Of a stretch of DNA of 39,201 nt, positions 16,648-25,585 are shown piece after piece. A program made the position numbers and the translations under genes. Where the stretch lies: positions 1 to 39,201 of the forward strand of contig JBAYJA010000003.1 in the NCBI GenBank assembly GCA_041665345.1, given 5' to 3'. The notes beneath the pieces were generated by a model. The model saw only the letters and a list, made by a program, of their open reading frames with translations. It ran no database searches and was not told the origin of the DNA. Origin of the DNA: Patescibacteria group bacterium. Lineage in GTDB: Bacteria; Patescibacteriota; Patescibacteriia; PEXW01. Position 1 is the first letter of the stretch. Each line of letters begins with the position of its first letter.

Positions 16648-19600
16648 ATGGAAATCAAGTCAAAATTTCACTTTTTTCGTCAGAACAACTTCACCTACCT
16701 GGACAGCGCCGCCACAACCCAAGTACCGGATGCGGTGACGCGTGTGGTGGAGCAGTCTTTGCAGTACAAAGGCAACCCGAATCGTAGTGCGCACGCCGTA
16801 GCGGAAAAAAATGAACAGGCGTTGCAAGCCGCCCGGGAGAATATTGCCGGCTTCATTGGCGCCACGGCAGAGGAACTCATCTTCACAAATAACACTACGG
16901 ACAGTATCAACCTTGCGGTGGATGGTATTGCCGACCATGTAAAGCCTGGTGACGAAATTGTCATCGCCGTGTCTGAACATCACTCCAACATGCTGCCCTA
17001 CACCAAGCTGGTAAAGCGTGGGGCGAAAATCCGCATCGTAGGCATCAAAGACGGCGTGGTCAATCCAAACGATGTGCAGAAAGCGCTTACGCCCAAAACC
17101 CGTATCGTGGCCGTGGGACACTGCTCCAATGTCCTCGGGAACATCAACGACGTGGTAGCTATTGGCAAACTCGTTAAAAACCACGACAAGAAAATCTTCT
17201 TCATTGTGGATGGCGCGCAAGCCGTGGCGCACATCCCAGTAGACGTCCAGGCAATGCAGGCGGACTTCTACGCGTTCTCGGGCCACAAAATGTACGGGCC
17301 AGATGGCGTAGGTGGATTGTACATTGCCCGAAAAATCCACCACCTGCTCACTCCGACACGTATGGGTGGCGGCACCGTGCAGAATGTGGCCATCACCTTT
17401 GATAAAACTGGTGATATCATCTCCCCTGACTACTTCCCGTCGCTCATCACGTTGGAAGGTGGCACGCCAAACCTGTCCAACATTCTCGGCCTTTCTCGCG
17501 CCGTCAACTTCATTCGTTCTATTGGCTTCCCAGATATTCAGGCACACGAACGCGGGCTGCTAAAACGTTTGCTGGATGGGTTGGCGACAATTCCTGGGGT
17601 GCAGGTCTTTGGTCCCACCGACCTCCAACAAAAAATTGGCGTCCTCTCTTTTGGTTTGCAAGACACGAACACCAAAGAACTCGGCGAACACCTTGGTCGC
17701 CAAAAGATCTGCATTCGCTACGGCGCACATTGTGCCTTCCCGCTAGCGGAAAAGCTGGGCCAAGAAACCCTGCGCATTAGTCTGGGCGTGTACAACACCG
17801 AAGAAGACATTGACCACGTGCTCAACGAAATGCGATTCTTCTTCGATAAGAAACAAGGGCGCATTACCAACCCCAACCTGGAGCCCCTGCGCAACAAGCT
17901 CTACTACCGCAGCACCCATGTGGTGAATTCCTATGCTGCCCTGGCCGAAAAGCTGCAGCAATCCCTCTACGGCCCACAGGATACGGAAATTATTGTCATG
18001 GGTGGCCACTTCTTGGGCATACCAGACATGCAGGAAAACCGCTTCTGGCCCAGCATTGCAACCATGGTACCCGAGCGCCTGCACGGCCTCATGGATGAGT
18101 TTGGCATGACGAGCTTTCCGCTTTTCACGTGGCGCTTGGCTTGTCGGACGGTTGCGGATTTGAAAGCGCACGGATACCAAGCAAAACTGGCAATTATTGC
18201 CAATGACACAACGGGAATGAATGAACTTCGTAACTCTGAAGCCAACACAACAAAGAAAACCGCTGAGCAATACCGAACTGAGTTACTAGATACTTTTCAA
18301 GAAGACGGTCATTTACCAAATCGCTATAGTGAAATTCTCAAAGAGCACGGATTGCATAAGCGAGATATTCTCAAGAATGGTGACAAATTCGTATTTCAAG
18401 AAACCTTACTCCGAGCCAACTTCAAAAAATTTGTTGATGGTAATAAAAATTTCTTTGATGGCATCATTGCCTACACAAAAAAGGCAGAGGAGAATATCGA
18501 CTTATCAATTAAACTCCTCGATAATCAGGAAATTGCTTCCTGCACGTTTAATACATTTCAATCAAAAACTGGTGGGAAGTTTTGCATTGTTGAATTGTGT
18601 CAATTTATTGCCGAACTCTTTGGTAAACCAGAACTGATTACATTCCCCTATGTATCACAGCGCGTACTGAAACCAAAGGTGACAGCAAATCACAAGATTC
18701 TTTTTGCAATCACGCCCGCGATGTGCGACAACGCTGTGACGCGATCCGCGGAACTCTACACCAAGCTTTTCCTCCAGGAGCAGAGTAAAGGATCATTTAA
18801 ATTCTTCAACTTGCCCCTAGGCCCAAATGCTGAGCGCAGCTTAGCTATGGGCGCAGAACTCAAGTATGTCTCAGACAAAGACAATCTTGAGGTACTTGAT
18901 ATTGAGCATGAGCCCGCATTTCCAGATCTCTGGCGCTTGGCTGAGTACAAGCTCATCTACAATGCTCCTGCCTATGTAACTGAAATGACCGCGCTTTTTG
19001 CGAAGCTGGGCCTCACCAAGAAATCCGCACTGCTGGATACCTGTGTGGGTCCAGGCTTCTTTGCCACTGAGCTGTTGCGGCAAGGTTACAATCTGCATAC
19101 CGCAGACAAGAGTGAAACCATGATGGCACCATTCCGCGCAACCCTGAAAGAGCTTGGTATCAACCACCAGCCCACAGTGAGCACGTGGCTTGATTTGCCA
19201 AAACACTTCGAGGCAAATTCCATGGATATGCTCTTCAACCGTGGGAACACCTTCATCTACGCGGCAGGCGGCTGGCATGAGCGAATCACCGTGGACCGAG
19301 AAAAATCTTTGGCGAAATATTTAGAGACGTTACGCGTCTACTACAGCCTTCTCAAGCCAGGTGGCTACCTCTACGTAGATAAATTCCGTGATGCAGAAAT
19401 CCCAGATAAAAAAGTTGTTGCTCGGCTGTACATTCAGGAGCCTGCGCAGCAAAAAGACGTAGTCTTCTACGTCGAACGCAAACCAGAAGATCACATTCGC
19501 TTTGCGCAAATGCTCTTGCGCGACACCCAAGGCAAAGAGACTGGATTACCAAACATGGCCTATGACTTGAGCGTAGAAGAAATGGAAATGTTGCTACAGA

Positions 19601-19677
19601 AAGCTGGGTTCAAGAACGTCCAACAACTCAAGCTCGCACAAGAAAAACACTTCGTCGTCTGGCTAGCCCAGAAATAG
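16648..19677 (+). CDS. 1009-aa multidomain protein: N-terminal SufS-like cysteine desulfurase (class V PLP fold), unknown central module, C-terminal GNMT-like class I SAM methyltransferase
   Basis: aa 1-~400: YLDSAATTQ, PLP-Lys motif FSGHKMYGPDGVGGLY, catalytic-Cys loop RYGAHCAFPL (cf. SufS RTGHHCAQP). aa ~730-1009: LLDTCVGPGFFA (motif I), GNTFIYAAGGW, LLKPGGYLYVDKFRD, resembling glycine/sarcosine N-methyltransferases (NSFxH, LLVIDHRNYD). aa ~400-730 unrecognised. 18230-18660 is an A/T-rich in-frame segment. Confidence 0.8.
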   Translation: MEIKSKFHFFRQNNFTYLDSAATTQVPDAVTRVVEQSLQYKGNPNRSAHAVAEKNEQALQAARENIAGFIGATAEELIFTNNTTDSINLAVDGIADHVKPGDEIVIAVSEHHSNMLPYTKLVKRGAKIRIVGIKDGVVNPNDVQKALTPKTRIVAVGHCSNVLGNINDVVAIGKLVKNHDKKIFFIVDGAQAVAHIPVDVQAMQADFYAFSGHKMYGPDGVGGLYIARKIHHLLTPTRMGGGTVQNVAITFDKTGDIISPDYFPSLITLEGGTPNLSNILGLSRAVNFIRSIGFPDIQAHERGLLKRLLDGLATIPGVQVFGPTDLQQKIGVLSFGLQDTNTKELGEHLGRQKICIRYGAHCAFPLAEKLGQETLRISLGVYNTEEDIDHVLNEMRFFFDKKQGRITNPNLEPLRNKLYYRSTHVVNSYAALAEKLQQSLYGPQDTEIIVMGGHFLGIPDMQENRFWPSIATMVPERLHGLMDEFGMTSFPLFTWRLACRTVADLKAHGYQAKLAIIANDTTGMNELRNSEANTTKKTAEQYRTELLDTFQEDGHLPNRYSEILKEHGLHKRDILKNGDKFVFQETLLRANFKKFVDGNKNFFDGIIAYTKKAEENIDLSIKLLDNQEIASCTFNTFQSKTGGKFCIVELCQFIAELFGKPELITFPYVSQRVLKPKVTANHKILFAITPAMCDNAVTRSAELYTKLFLQEQSKGSFKFFNLPLGPNAERSLAMGAELKYVSDKDNLEVLDIEHEPAFPDLWRLAEYKLIYNAPAYVTEMTALFAKLGLTKKSALLDTCVGPGFFATELLRQGYNLHTADKSETMMAPFRATLKELGINHQPTVSTWLDLPKHFEANSMDMLFNRGNTFIYAAGGWHERITVDREKSLAKYLETLRVYYSLLKPGGYLYVDKFRDAEIPDKKVVARLYIQEPAQQKDVVFYVERKPEDHIRFAQMLLRDTQGKETGLPNMAYDLSVEEMEMLLQKAGFKNVQQLKLAQEKHFVVWLAQK

Positions 19678-19685
19678 ACCCAACC

Positions 19686-20531
19686 ATGATGTCTGAAAAA
19701 AATCACGCGCCAAATCAGGACGCGGATAAGGAAAAAACCGAATACAAGACATTCCGCCTAGATCACGAGCCCACGTTTGCGGAGCTGTGGGAGCTGTGCG
19801 TGAATGAGCTGCTCTATAATGCGCCAAAGCATTACGATGAAATTGAGGCACTTTGGGAGCGACAAGGAATAACCAAAGAATCCAAAATTATTGATGTTGC
19901 TGCTGGGAGTGGCTTCCCCGCACTTGGTTTGCTGCAACGAGGGTGGAACATAGACTCCGCTGATGGCTTTACGGATGAGGTGGAACTCTTCAACAAACGT
20001 GCGGAAGAGGCGGGGTTGCCCGAACGCTGCGCCCAAGTGCTATGGGCGGATTTGCTCAAACAGTACCCAAAAGAAGCCTACGACTTCTTACTATGCAGAG
20101 GTAATTCATTCATATACGCGCCGGGGGGTTGGAATGCTGAAGCGCCGATAACCCCGCAGGCTGCACTGGAAGCCTACACCAACACAGCAAAAAACTTCTA
20201 CGATTTGCTCAAACCCGGTGGGCAGATGTACATCGATAAATTCAAAGATACCGAAATCTCGCATAAAGAAACCGTTGCGCGCTTGCAAATTGGTAACGCG
20301 ACCCCAGAAGACCTCATTTTCTGGACCCAACGCTTTTCGGAGCAGCACATTCGCCGTGCGTCCATGATTCGCCGCAAACAGGATGGTACCGAAACTGGCA
20401 CACCGAACATTTCGTATGACCTTACCTTTCCAGAAATGGAAAAGGCATTAACGACGGCTGGTTTTTCCAAGATTGAACAGCAGCAGCTTGAAACAGAAAA
20501 AGTTTTCAACACCTGGATTGCAACAAAGTAA
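19686..20531 (+). CDS. GNMT-like class I SAM-dependent methyltransferase, standalone paralog of the C-terminal domain of the upstream 1009-aa protein
   Basis: 281 aa, co-linear with aa ~730-1009 of the upstream protein: DHEPTFAELWEL/EHEPAFPDLWRL, IDVAAGSGFPA/LDTCVGPGFFA, CRGNSFIYAPGGW/NRGNTFIYAAGGW, LLKPGGQMYIDKFKDTEI/LLKPGGYLYVDKFRDAEI, C-terminal ETEKVFNTWIATK/AQEKHFVVWLAQK. Confidence 0.75.
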   Translation: MMSEKNHAPNQDADKEKTEYKTFRLDHEPTFAELWELCVNELLYNAPKHYDEIEALWERQGITKESKIIDVAAGSGFPALGLLQRGWNIDSADGFTDEVELFNKRAEEAGLPERCAQVLWADLLKQYPKEAYDFLLCRGNSFIYAPGGWNAEAPITPQAALEAYTNTAKNFYDLLKPGGQMYIDKFKDTEISHKETVARLQIGNATPEDLIFWTQRFSEQHIRRASMIRRKQDGTETGTPNISYDLTFPEMEKALTTAGFSKIEQQQLETEKVFNTWIATK

Positions 20532-20565
20532 GTTCGCGGATTGAACGCAGGACGCACTTTTTCAC

Positions 20566-20594
20566 TTGACCTTCACATATTTTTTTAGTATAGT
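20566..20594 (+). promoter_or_regulatory. sigma70-like promoter TTGACC-17 nt-TATAGT upstream of yebC
   Basis: Hexamers at 20566-20571 and 20589-20594 with 17-nt spacer; ATG 20627. Confidence 0.45.
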
Positions 20595-20626
20595 CATCAT
20601 ACTTCCAGGGGGATTTTTTCTGTTGT

Positions 20627-21343
20627 ATGTCTGGACATTCCAAGTGGTCTACTATTAAACGGCAAAAGGGTGTTGCGGATGCCAAGCGCAGCTCAGTCTT
20701 TACCAAACTTGGCAAAGCAATTGTGGTGGCTGCCCGGCTGGGCGGAGCTGACCCGGCTATGAACTTCCGTCTTCGGCTGGCTGTGGAAAAAGCACGCGAG
20801 GCCAGCATGCCCAAAGACAACATTGAGCGAGCCATTGCCAAGGGTAGTGGTACGGCCGAGGGTCAGCAGTTGGAAGAGGTAACCTACGAAGGTTTTGGAC
20901 CTGGTGGCACCGCCATCATCGTGGAAGCGGTGACCGATAACCGCAACCGCACTGTGCATGAGGTAAAAACCTTATTTAGCAAGCACGGCGGTACCATGGG
21001 GAATGAGAATAGTGTACGGTGGCAATTTGACCGACGGGGGGTGCTTCGTATTGCCGCAGAACACCTACCCAAGGATCACGACACCTTTGCACTGCAGATG
21101 ATTGAAGAAGGCGCCGAAGATGTGAAAGATGATCCAGAAGGAATCACTTTGCTGACGCAACCCGAGGCATTGGAAAAAGTGAAAGTCGCGCTTGGGACCA
21201 CCCCTGTGGCATCTGCGGACATTGAATTCGTGCCCAAAACTCCCCTCCCTCTTTCTCCGGCGGACGCGGAGAAGCTGCACACGCTCACCGGCATTCTTGA
21301 AGACCACGCTGATGTCACCAACGTCTGGACGAACGGTGCGTAG
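20627..21343 (+). CDS. yebC: YebC/PmpR-family transcriptional regulatory protein
   Basis: MSGHSKWSTIKRQKG...FTKLGKAI...AR.GGADP..N..LR.A...A...MPKDNIERAI...G, full-length 238 aa. Confidence 0.9.
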   Translation: MSGHSKWSTIKRQKGVADAKRSSVFTKLGKAIVVAARLGGADPAMNFRLRLAVEKAREASMPKDNIERAIAKGSGTAEGQQLEEVTYEGFGPGGTAIIVEAVTDNRNRTVHEVKTLFSKHGGTMGNENSVRWQFDRRGVLRIAAEHLPKDHDTFALQMIEEGAEDVKDDPEGITLLTQPEALEKVKVALGTTPVASADIEFVPKTPLPLSPADAEKLHTLTGILEDHADVTNVWTNGA

Positions 21344-21374
21344 CCCCCATCGTAGCTCGAAGAGCGAAGGTGGG

Positions 21375-21842
21375 CGCGTTATCCTTGGCATTGACCCGGG
21401 GTTTGGGCGCGTGGGCTGGGGCGTCATCCAGCAAACTGCCAACAAACTAACGGCTATTGACTACGGGGTGATTGAAACCCCAGCGGGCACCCCTTTTGCC
21501 AAGCGCTTGCAGCTCATCTACAGCAAATTAACTGAGCTGATCCATTCCTACAAACCGCAAGTCGGTGGGGTTGAACGCCTCTTCTTCTCGCAGAACACCA
21601 CAACCGCCATGCAGGTGAGTGAGGCGCGCGGGGTGATCCTGCTCACGCTGGCGCAAGCCAAGATTCCCGTGCACGAGTGTACGCCGCAAGCCGTGAAGCA
21701 GACGCTCTCCAGCTACGGCCGCGCGGACAAAGCCCAGGTCCAGCGCATGGTCGCTACACTCCTTCATCTCCCTTCCATTCCCAAGCCTGACGATATCGCG
21801 GATGCCTTGGCCATTGCCATCACCGCCGCAACTTCCACATGA
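21375..21842 (+). CDS. ruvC: crossover junction endodeoxyribonuclease RuvC (5' end/start codon uncertain)
   Basis: RVILGIDPGFGRVGWGV... catalytic N-terminus and ...DIADALAIAIT C-terminus. There is no in-frame ATG/GTG/TTG between the yebC stop (21343) and the conserved ILGIDPG block, so the exact start is unresolved (nonstandard initiator or sequence error). The ORF-track start at 21192 overlaps yebC and is not credible. Confidence 0.75.
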   Translation, partial: RVILGIDPGFGRVGWGVIQQTANKLTAIDYGVIETPAGTPFAKRLQLIYSKLTELIHSYKPQVGGVERLFFSQNTTTAMQVSEARGVILLTLAQAKIPVHECTPQAVKQTLSSYGRADKAQVQRMVATLLHLPSIPKPDDIADALAIAITAATST

Positions 21843-23098
21843 AACGCATCGCCCTCATCAACGTGCACTGCGATCCACTCGAAAGCCTTGGATCCGCAGA
21901 AGCCGGCGGTCAAAATGTCTACGTCCAGCACCTTGCTAAGGCACTTGGCAAACGCGGTTACTATGTGGATGTCTTTTCCCGGCTCAACTCTCGCTCCAAA
22001 AAGGAACGCGTCCGGGTTTCCAAGCACGTGCAATTCATCCGCCTCGTCGCTGGCCACCGGCAGTTCATCCCCAAGAATAAACTGGGGCCACTGCTGCCTG
22101 AATTCATTAGCAACTTCCTGGCCTGGCAGAAACGTGAGGGTGTGCGGTACGACCTGCTGCACTCACACTACTGGGAGGCGGGCTGGGTAACCATGCAGCT
22201 GAAGTACATACTCAAAGTCCCACAGGTCCACACCTTCCACAGCTTGGGCATCATGCGCTACAACGCGCTGAAAGGATTTCGGGAGCAGAGCCTGGATACC
22301 ACGGAAATGAAGAAGCGTATTGCCATTGAAAAAGAAATTACGGAAAAAGCTGAGTGCATTCTGAGCACTAGCCCGTACGAACGTGAGTACCTGGAGAAGC
22401 ACTATGCTGCAAAATCTGAGAACATTCGCGTTGTCCCTTGTGGCGTGGATTTGCAACGCTTCCGACCCATTGACCGAAATGAGGCACGAAAAAAAATTAA
22501 TGCGCCAAACGGCGACAACCTTATTCTCTACACTGGTCGCATTGAGTGGCGCAAGGGCATTGGCACCCTGGCCATTGGCGTCGCTAAACTCTTCAAGCAC
22601 CACCCAGAGCTGCGAGGAAAAACCTGGCTGTACATTGTCGGCGGCAACCTGGGCCGCCGGGCAGAGCCCGAAGTCCGGGAGGAAATCAAACGACTGAAAG
22701 ATGTGTGCCGAGAGTATGGGATACGTGATCGCACCGTATTTACCGGCGCCGTGCAGCAAGAAAAACTCCACTTCTACTACTCAGCGGCAAACGTCTGCGT
22801 CATCCCCTCCTACTACGAGCCTTTTGGCATGGTGCCGTTGGAAGCCATGGCCTGCAAAGTGCCGGTGATCGCCTCTGATACCGGTGGCCTGCCGTACACG
22901 GTTCGGAATATGAAGAGCGGGATTTTAGTCCCCGTTCGCAACCCGGGTGCCATCGCCCATCGCTTAGCCGACGTCCTGACCAAGCGCGAGCTGGCAGAGA
23001 AACTGGTGCGAGGAGGCCGGGAACTTGCAAAGACCACCTTTAGCTGGCGGCTGATTGCGAAGGGCGTCGCCGAGGTGTACGAACGGCTGGTGAAGTAA
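21839..23098 (+). CDS. GT4 glycosyltransferase, sucrose-phosphate-synthase-like (SPS/MshA-type GGQNVYV family)
   Basis: N-terminal MKRIALINVHCDPLESLGSAEAGGQNVYVQHLAKALGKRGYYVDVFSR (SPS/MshA-type signature); C-terminal GT-B E-x7-E region YEPFGMVPLEAMA; 419 aa, like minimal cyanobacterial SPS. Start overlaps the ruvC stop (ATGA). Confidence 0.7.
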   Translation: MKRIALINVHCDPLESLGSAEAGGQNVYVQHLAKALGKRGYYVDVFSRLNSRSKKERVRVSKHVQFIRLVAGHRQFIPKNKLGPLLPEFISNFLAWQKREGVRYDLLHSHYWEAGWVTMQLKYILKVPQVHTFHSLGIMRYNALKGFREQSLDTTEMKKRIAIEKEITEKAECILSTSPYEREYLEKHYAAKSENIRVVPCGVDLQRFRPIDRNEARKKINAPNGDNLILYTGRIEWRKGIGTLAIGVAKLFKHHPELRGKTWLYIVGGNLGRRAEPEVREEIKRLKDVCREYGIRDRTVFTGAVQQEKLHFYYSAANVCVIPSYYEPFGMVPLEAMACKVPVIASDTGGLPYTVRNMKSGILVPVRNPGAIAHRLADVLTKRELAEKLVRGGRELAKTTFSWRLIAKGVAEVYERLVK

Positions 23099-23175
23099 GA
23101 GTTTCAACTATACGAATCGACTCTACTGCGATTTTTTGTAGCCTAAAATGGGACTTATAGTGTAAACTGGAAACC

Positions 23176-23943
23176 ATGGATGACCATCCAACTCCTTCAA
23201 CGATTAATTTTTCCCTTACTCTTCCGCTCTATAACGAGGGGAGTATTCTGCAAAAAAATTTAACTTCTATCCACACAATTTTATCTGGGAAAGGGTCATT
23301 TTCCTTCGAAGTTATCGTTATTGATGATGCTAGTAAAGACGACACAGCTCGCAGCGCAAAACAGTTTTGTGACCATCTACCAAATTGGCATTTCCTGCAA
23401 AATGAAAAAAATCTTGGCCGGGGTGGTACGGTAATGCGGGGTTTTCGTGAATCACGGGGAACGATCGTTGGCTTTATTGACGTCGACTGCGAAGCTTCGC
23501 CAATGTACCTGTTGGATTTCATTCCGGATTTACTCGCACATAAAGTTGATGGGATTACCGGCATGCGCATATACCCATTTTCATTTTCAACATTCCTTCG
23601 CGCTGGGACAAGCTACCTCTATCGCCAACTTGTGCAACTATTTTTACGCGTAGCGTACAAGGACAGGCAATCTGGGTATAAAACATTTCGTCGGGAAGCA
23701 ATTTTACCACTCCTAGCGTACACAAAAAATCAGCATTGGTTTTGGGACACGGAGATTATGGTCATTGCACACCTGGCTGGTTTACGTATTGAGGAAAGGC
23801 CCATTTTGTTCTACCGTGACACTGCAAAAAAATCTACGGTGAAACTCTTTCGAGACAGTATGCTGATGGTGAGGGAACTCTTTCGCTTTCGAGCACGTAT
23901 GCCGCAACTTGCGGCTGACTTAGCCGAACGCACGAACCGCTAA
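23176..23943 (+). CDS. GT2 glycosyltransferase (polyprenyl-phosphate sugar transferase, DPM1/GtrB-like)
   Basis: LTLPLYNEGSIL, VIVIDDASKDDT (DxD-type nucleotide-sugar-binding acidic motif), second acidic motif IDVDCE; 255 aa. Visibly more A/T-rich than the flanking genes. Confidence 0.8.
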   Translation: MDDHPTPSTINFSLTLPLYNEGSILQKNLTSIHTILSGKGSFSFEVIVIDDASKDDTARSAKQFCDHLPNWHFLQNEKNLGRGGTVMRGFRESRGTIVGFIDVDCEASPMYLLDFIPDLLAHKVDGITGMRIYPFSFSTFLRAGTSYLYRQLVQLFLRVAYKDRQSGYKTFRREAILPLLAYTKNQHWFWDTEIMVIAHLAGLRIEERPILFYRDTAKKSTVKLFRDSMLMVRELFRFRARMPQLAADLAERTNR

Positions 23944-23945
23944 GC

Positions 23946-24686
23946 ATGGAGTCGCAGCTGTACCACACTTTTGCGCAAAATGAGATGACTCATTGGTGGT
24001 TTGTGGGTCGGCGGGAAATTTTTTCCGCGGTCTTCAAGAAATTACTGCAAAAAAAAGAATTACAAATCTTAGACGTAGGGTGCGGAACAGGGGGCAACCT
24101 ACCACTCCTCGCTGGCTATGGAAACGTCGTTGGGATTGATAATAGCCCCACGGCCGTGGCGTACGCAAAAACCCAAGGATACACATCCGTAATTTGTGCC
24201 GATGCATCCAAGCTCCCATTTGCAGACAACTCCTTTGACTGTGTCGTGGCAATTGACATTATCGAGCACATGCAAGACGATTCCGCATTCGTCAAAGAGC
24301 TCCACCGGGTACTCACACCCGAGGGATTTGCGGTACTTTCAACGGCCGCTTTTTCTTTTTTGTGGAGCTCACACGACACTCGAAACCAACATTGGCGACG
24401 GTACACCAAAAAGCAGCTTACTGCGTGCTTTCCAAAGAATCTCTGGCTTTCGAAGATCGTGCGATACTACAACTTCATTTTTTTTCCAGTGATTGCAGTC
24501 ATTCGCCTGTGCCAAAAGTTGATACCGGAAAGGACCCCAAAAGAGGGGGCGGCGTGGGAACTTGCAACCCCACCCACCCTATTCAATGCTGTACTTCACA
24601 GTGTCCTTGCCGCCGAAAGATTCTTTTTGCGATTTCCAATACCCTGGGGGGTTTCTCTACTAGCGGTATACCAAAAAAGGAAGTGA
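23946..24686 (+). CDS. class I SAM-dependent methyltransferase
   Basis: Motif I ILDVGCGTGGNL, GIDNSP, FDCVVAIDIIEHMQD; 246 aa; part of the A/T-rich cassette. Confidence 0.8.
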   Translation: MESQLYHTFAQNEMTHWWFVGRREIFSAVFKKLLQKKELQILDVGCGTGGNLPLLAGYGNVVGIDNSPTAVAYAKTQGYTSVICADASKLPFADNSFDCVVAIDIIEHMQDDSAFVKELHRVLTPEGFAVLSTAAFSFLWSSHDTRNQHWRRYTKKQLTACFPKNLWLSKIVRYYNFIFFPVIAVIRLCQKLIPERTPKEGAAWELATPPTLFNAVLHSVLAAERFFLRFPIPWGVSLLAVYQKRK

Positions 24687-24691
24687 GGCAG

Positions 24692-25585
24692 ATGCATATC
24701 GCCATGTTTGGGGGGACAGGATACGTTGGGAGTGCTTTGCGCGCACATTTGGCTAGCCAACGTATTCGAGTGAGTGTTTTTTCACCCCACTCCCCTAGCC
24801 CACTCTACCCTCTGGAAACCCACGTGGTTGCCGACCCATGGTCTGCCAGAATTGAACCCGGGGTATTTACGCATATCCTTGACTTCTACGGCGTATCTGG
24901 AGATGCGGCCTGTGCTCGGAATCCGCAGGAGGCAGCGTATAGAAACGTAGACTCGGTTCGTGCGCTCATGCATGCAGCGGCGGGTACAGGCATTGATAGA
25001 TTCGTCTATGTCTCTACTGCTTCAGTGTTTGATGATGGTGTCCAGAAAACGGGGAATGAATTTTTTGAAAACGATGTGCCTCGTCCTGCAACAGTGTACG
25101 GCGATACAAAGCGAATTGCGGAAAATCTACTCCTATCACAAGAAAAGGTACCCTGCACAATTATTCGCCATCCAACAATCTATGGCCTATCGCCGTGCAT
25201 GCGATGGGACACATTGATGCAATTTTGCGTTCAGCAAGCAAAAAAAGAGGGGGTGGTGCGCATGTTTGGGGATGGGAGTGCGTTTCGCCCCCTCGCCGCG
25301 TTGTCACACGTTGTTGCTGGATACGCACATGTGCTACATTCTCCCCCACCTTCACAGTCTTGCTTCCACATTGTTTCTGAGAATGAGCCAATTCGTAACT
25401 ACCTAGAGAGAATCCAGCAGGTTGCCAAGGAATGTGGGCAGCGTATTAGCGTGGAAACGGTAGAGCAGTCCTACGTCCCAAGCTATCGGGTGCACAGTTC
25501 TTTCCCCTATACCAACCGACCAGAGTATTCTTTCGAGCTCCTTCAAGCTATTTGGAAAGCGGCGGTCGGTCGCAATCACCTGTAG
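24692..25585 (+). CDS. NAD-dependent epimerase/dehydratase (SDR family)
   Basis: Start at ATG 24692 with SD AAGGAAGTGAGG. N-terminal GGTGYVGS Rossmann motif, catalytic YGDTK (YxxxK). The ORF-track 5' extension to 24362 overlaps the methyltransferase and is rejected. Confidence 0.8.
   Translation: MHIAMFGGTGYVGSALRAHLASQRIRVSVFSPHSPSPLYPLETHVVADPWSARIEPGVFTHILDFYGVSGDAACARNPQEAAYRNVDSVRALMHAAAGTGIDRFVYVSTASVFDDGVQKTGNEFFENDVPRPATVYGDTKRIAENLLLSQEKVPCTIIRHPTIYGLSPCMRWDTLMQFCVQQAKKEGVVRMFGDGSAFRPLAALSHVVAGYAHVLHSPPPSQSCFHIVSENEPIRNYLERIQQVAKECGQRISVETVEQSYVPSYRVHSSFPYTNRPEYSFELLQAIWKAAVGRNHL

Noticed and set aside
16660-17547. 295-aa minus-strand ORF (and several other 60-175-aa antisense ORFs inside 16648..19677)
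   Set aside because: Embedded antisense within the SufS-like domain, which has unmistakable conserved motifs on the plus strand.
21192-21374. ORF-track start of ruvC at 21192
   Set aside because: Overlaps the last 150 nt of yebC in another frame. The conserved RuvC sequence begins only at ~21375.
24362-24691. 5' extension of the epimerase ORF
   Set aside because: Overlaps the methyltransferase gene. ATG 24692 has a strong SD and begins with the GxxGxxG Rossmann motif.
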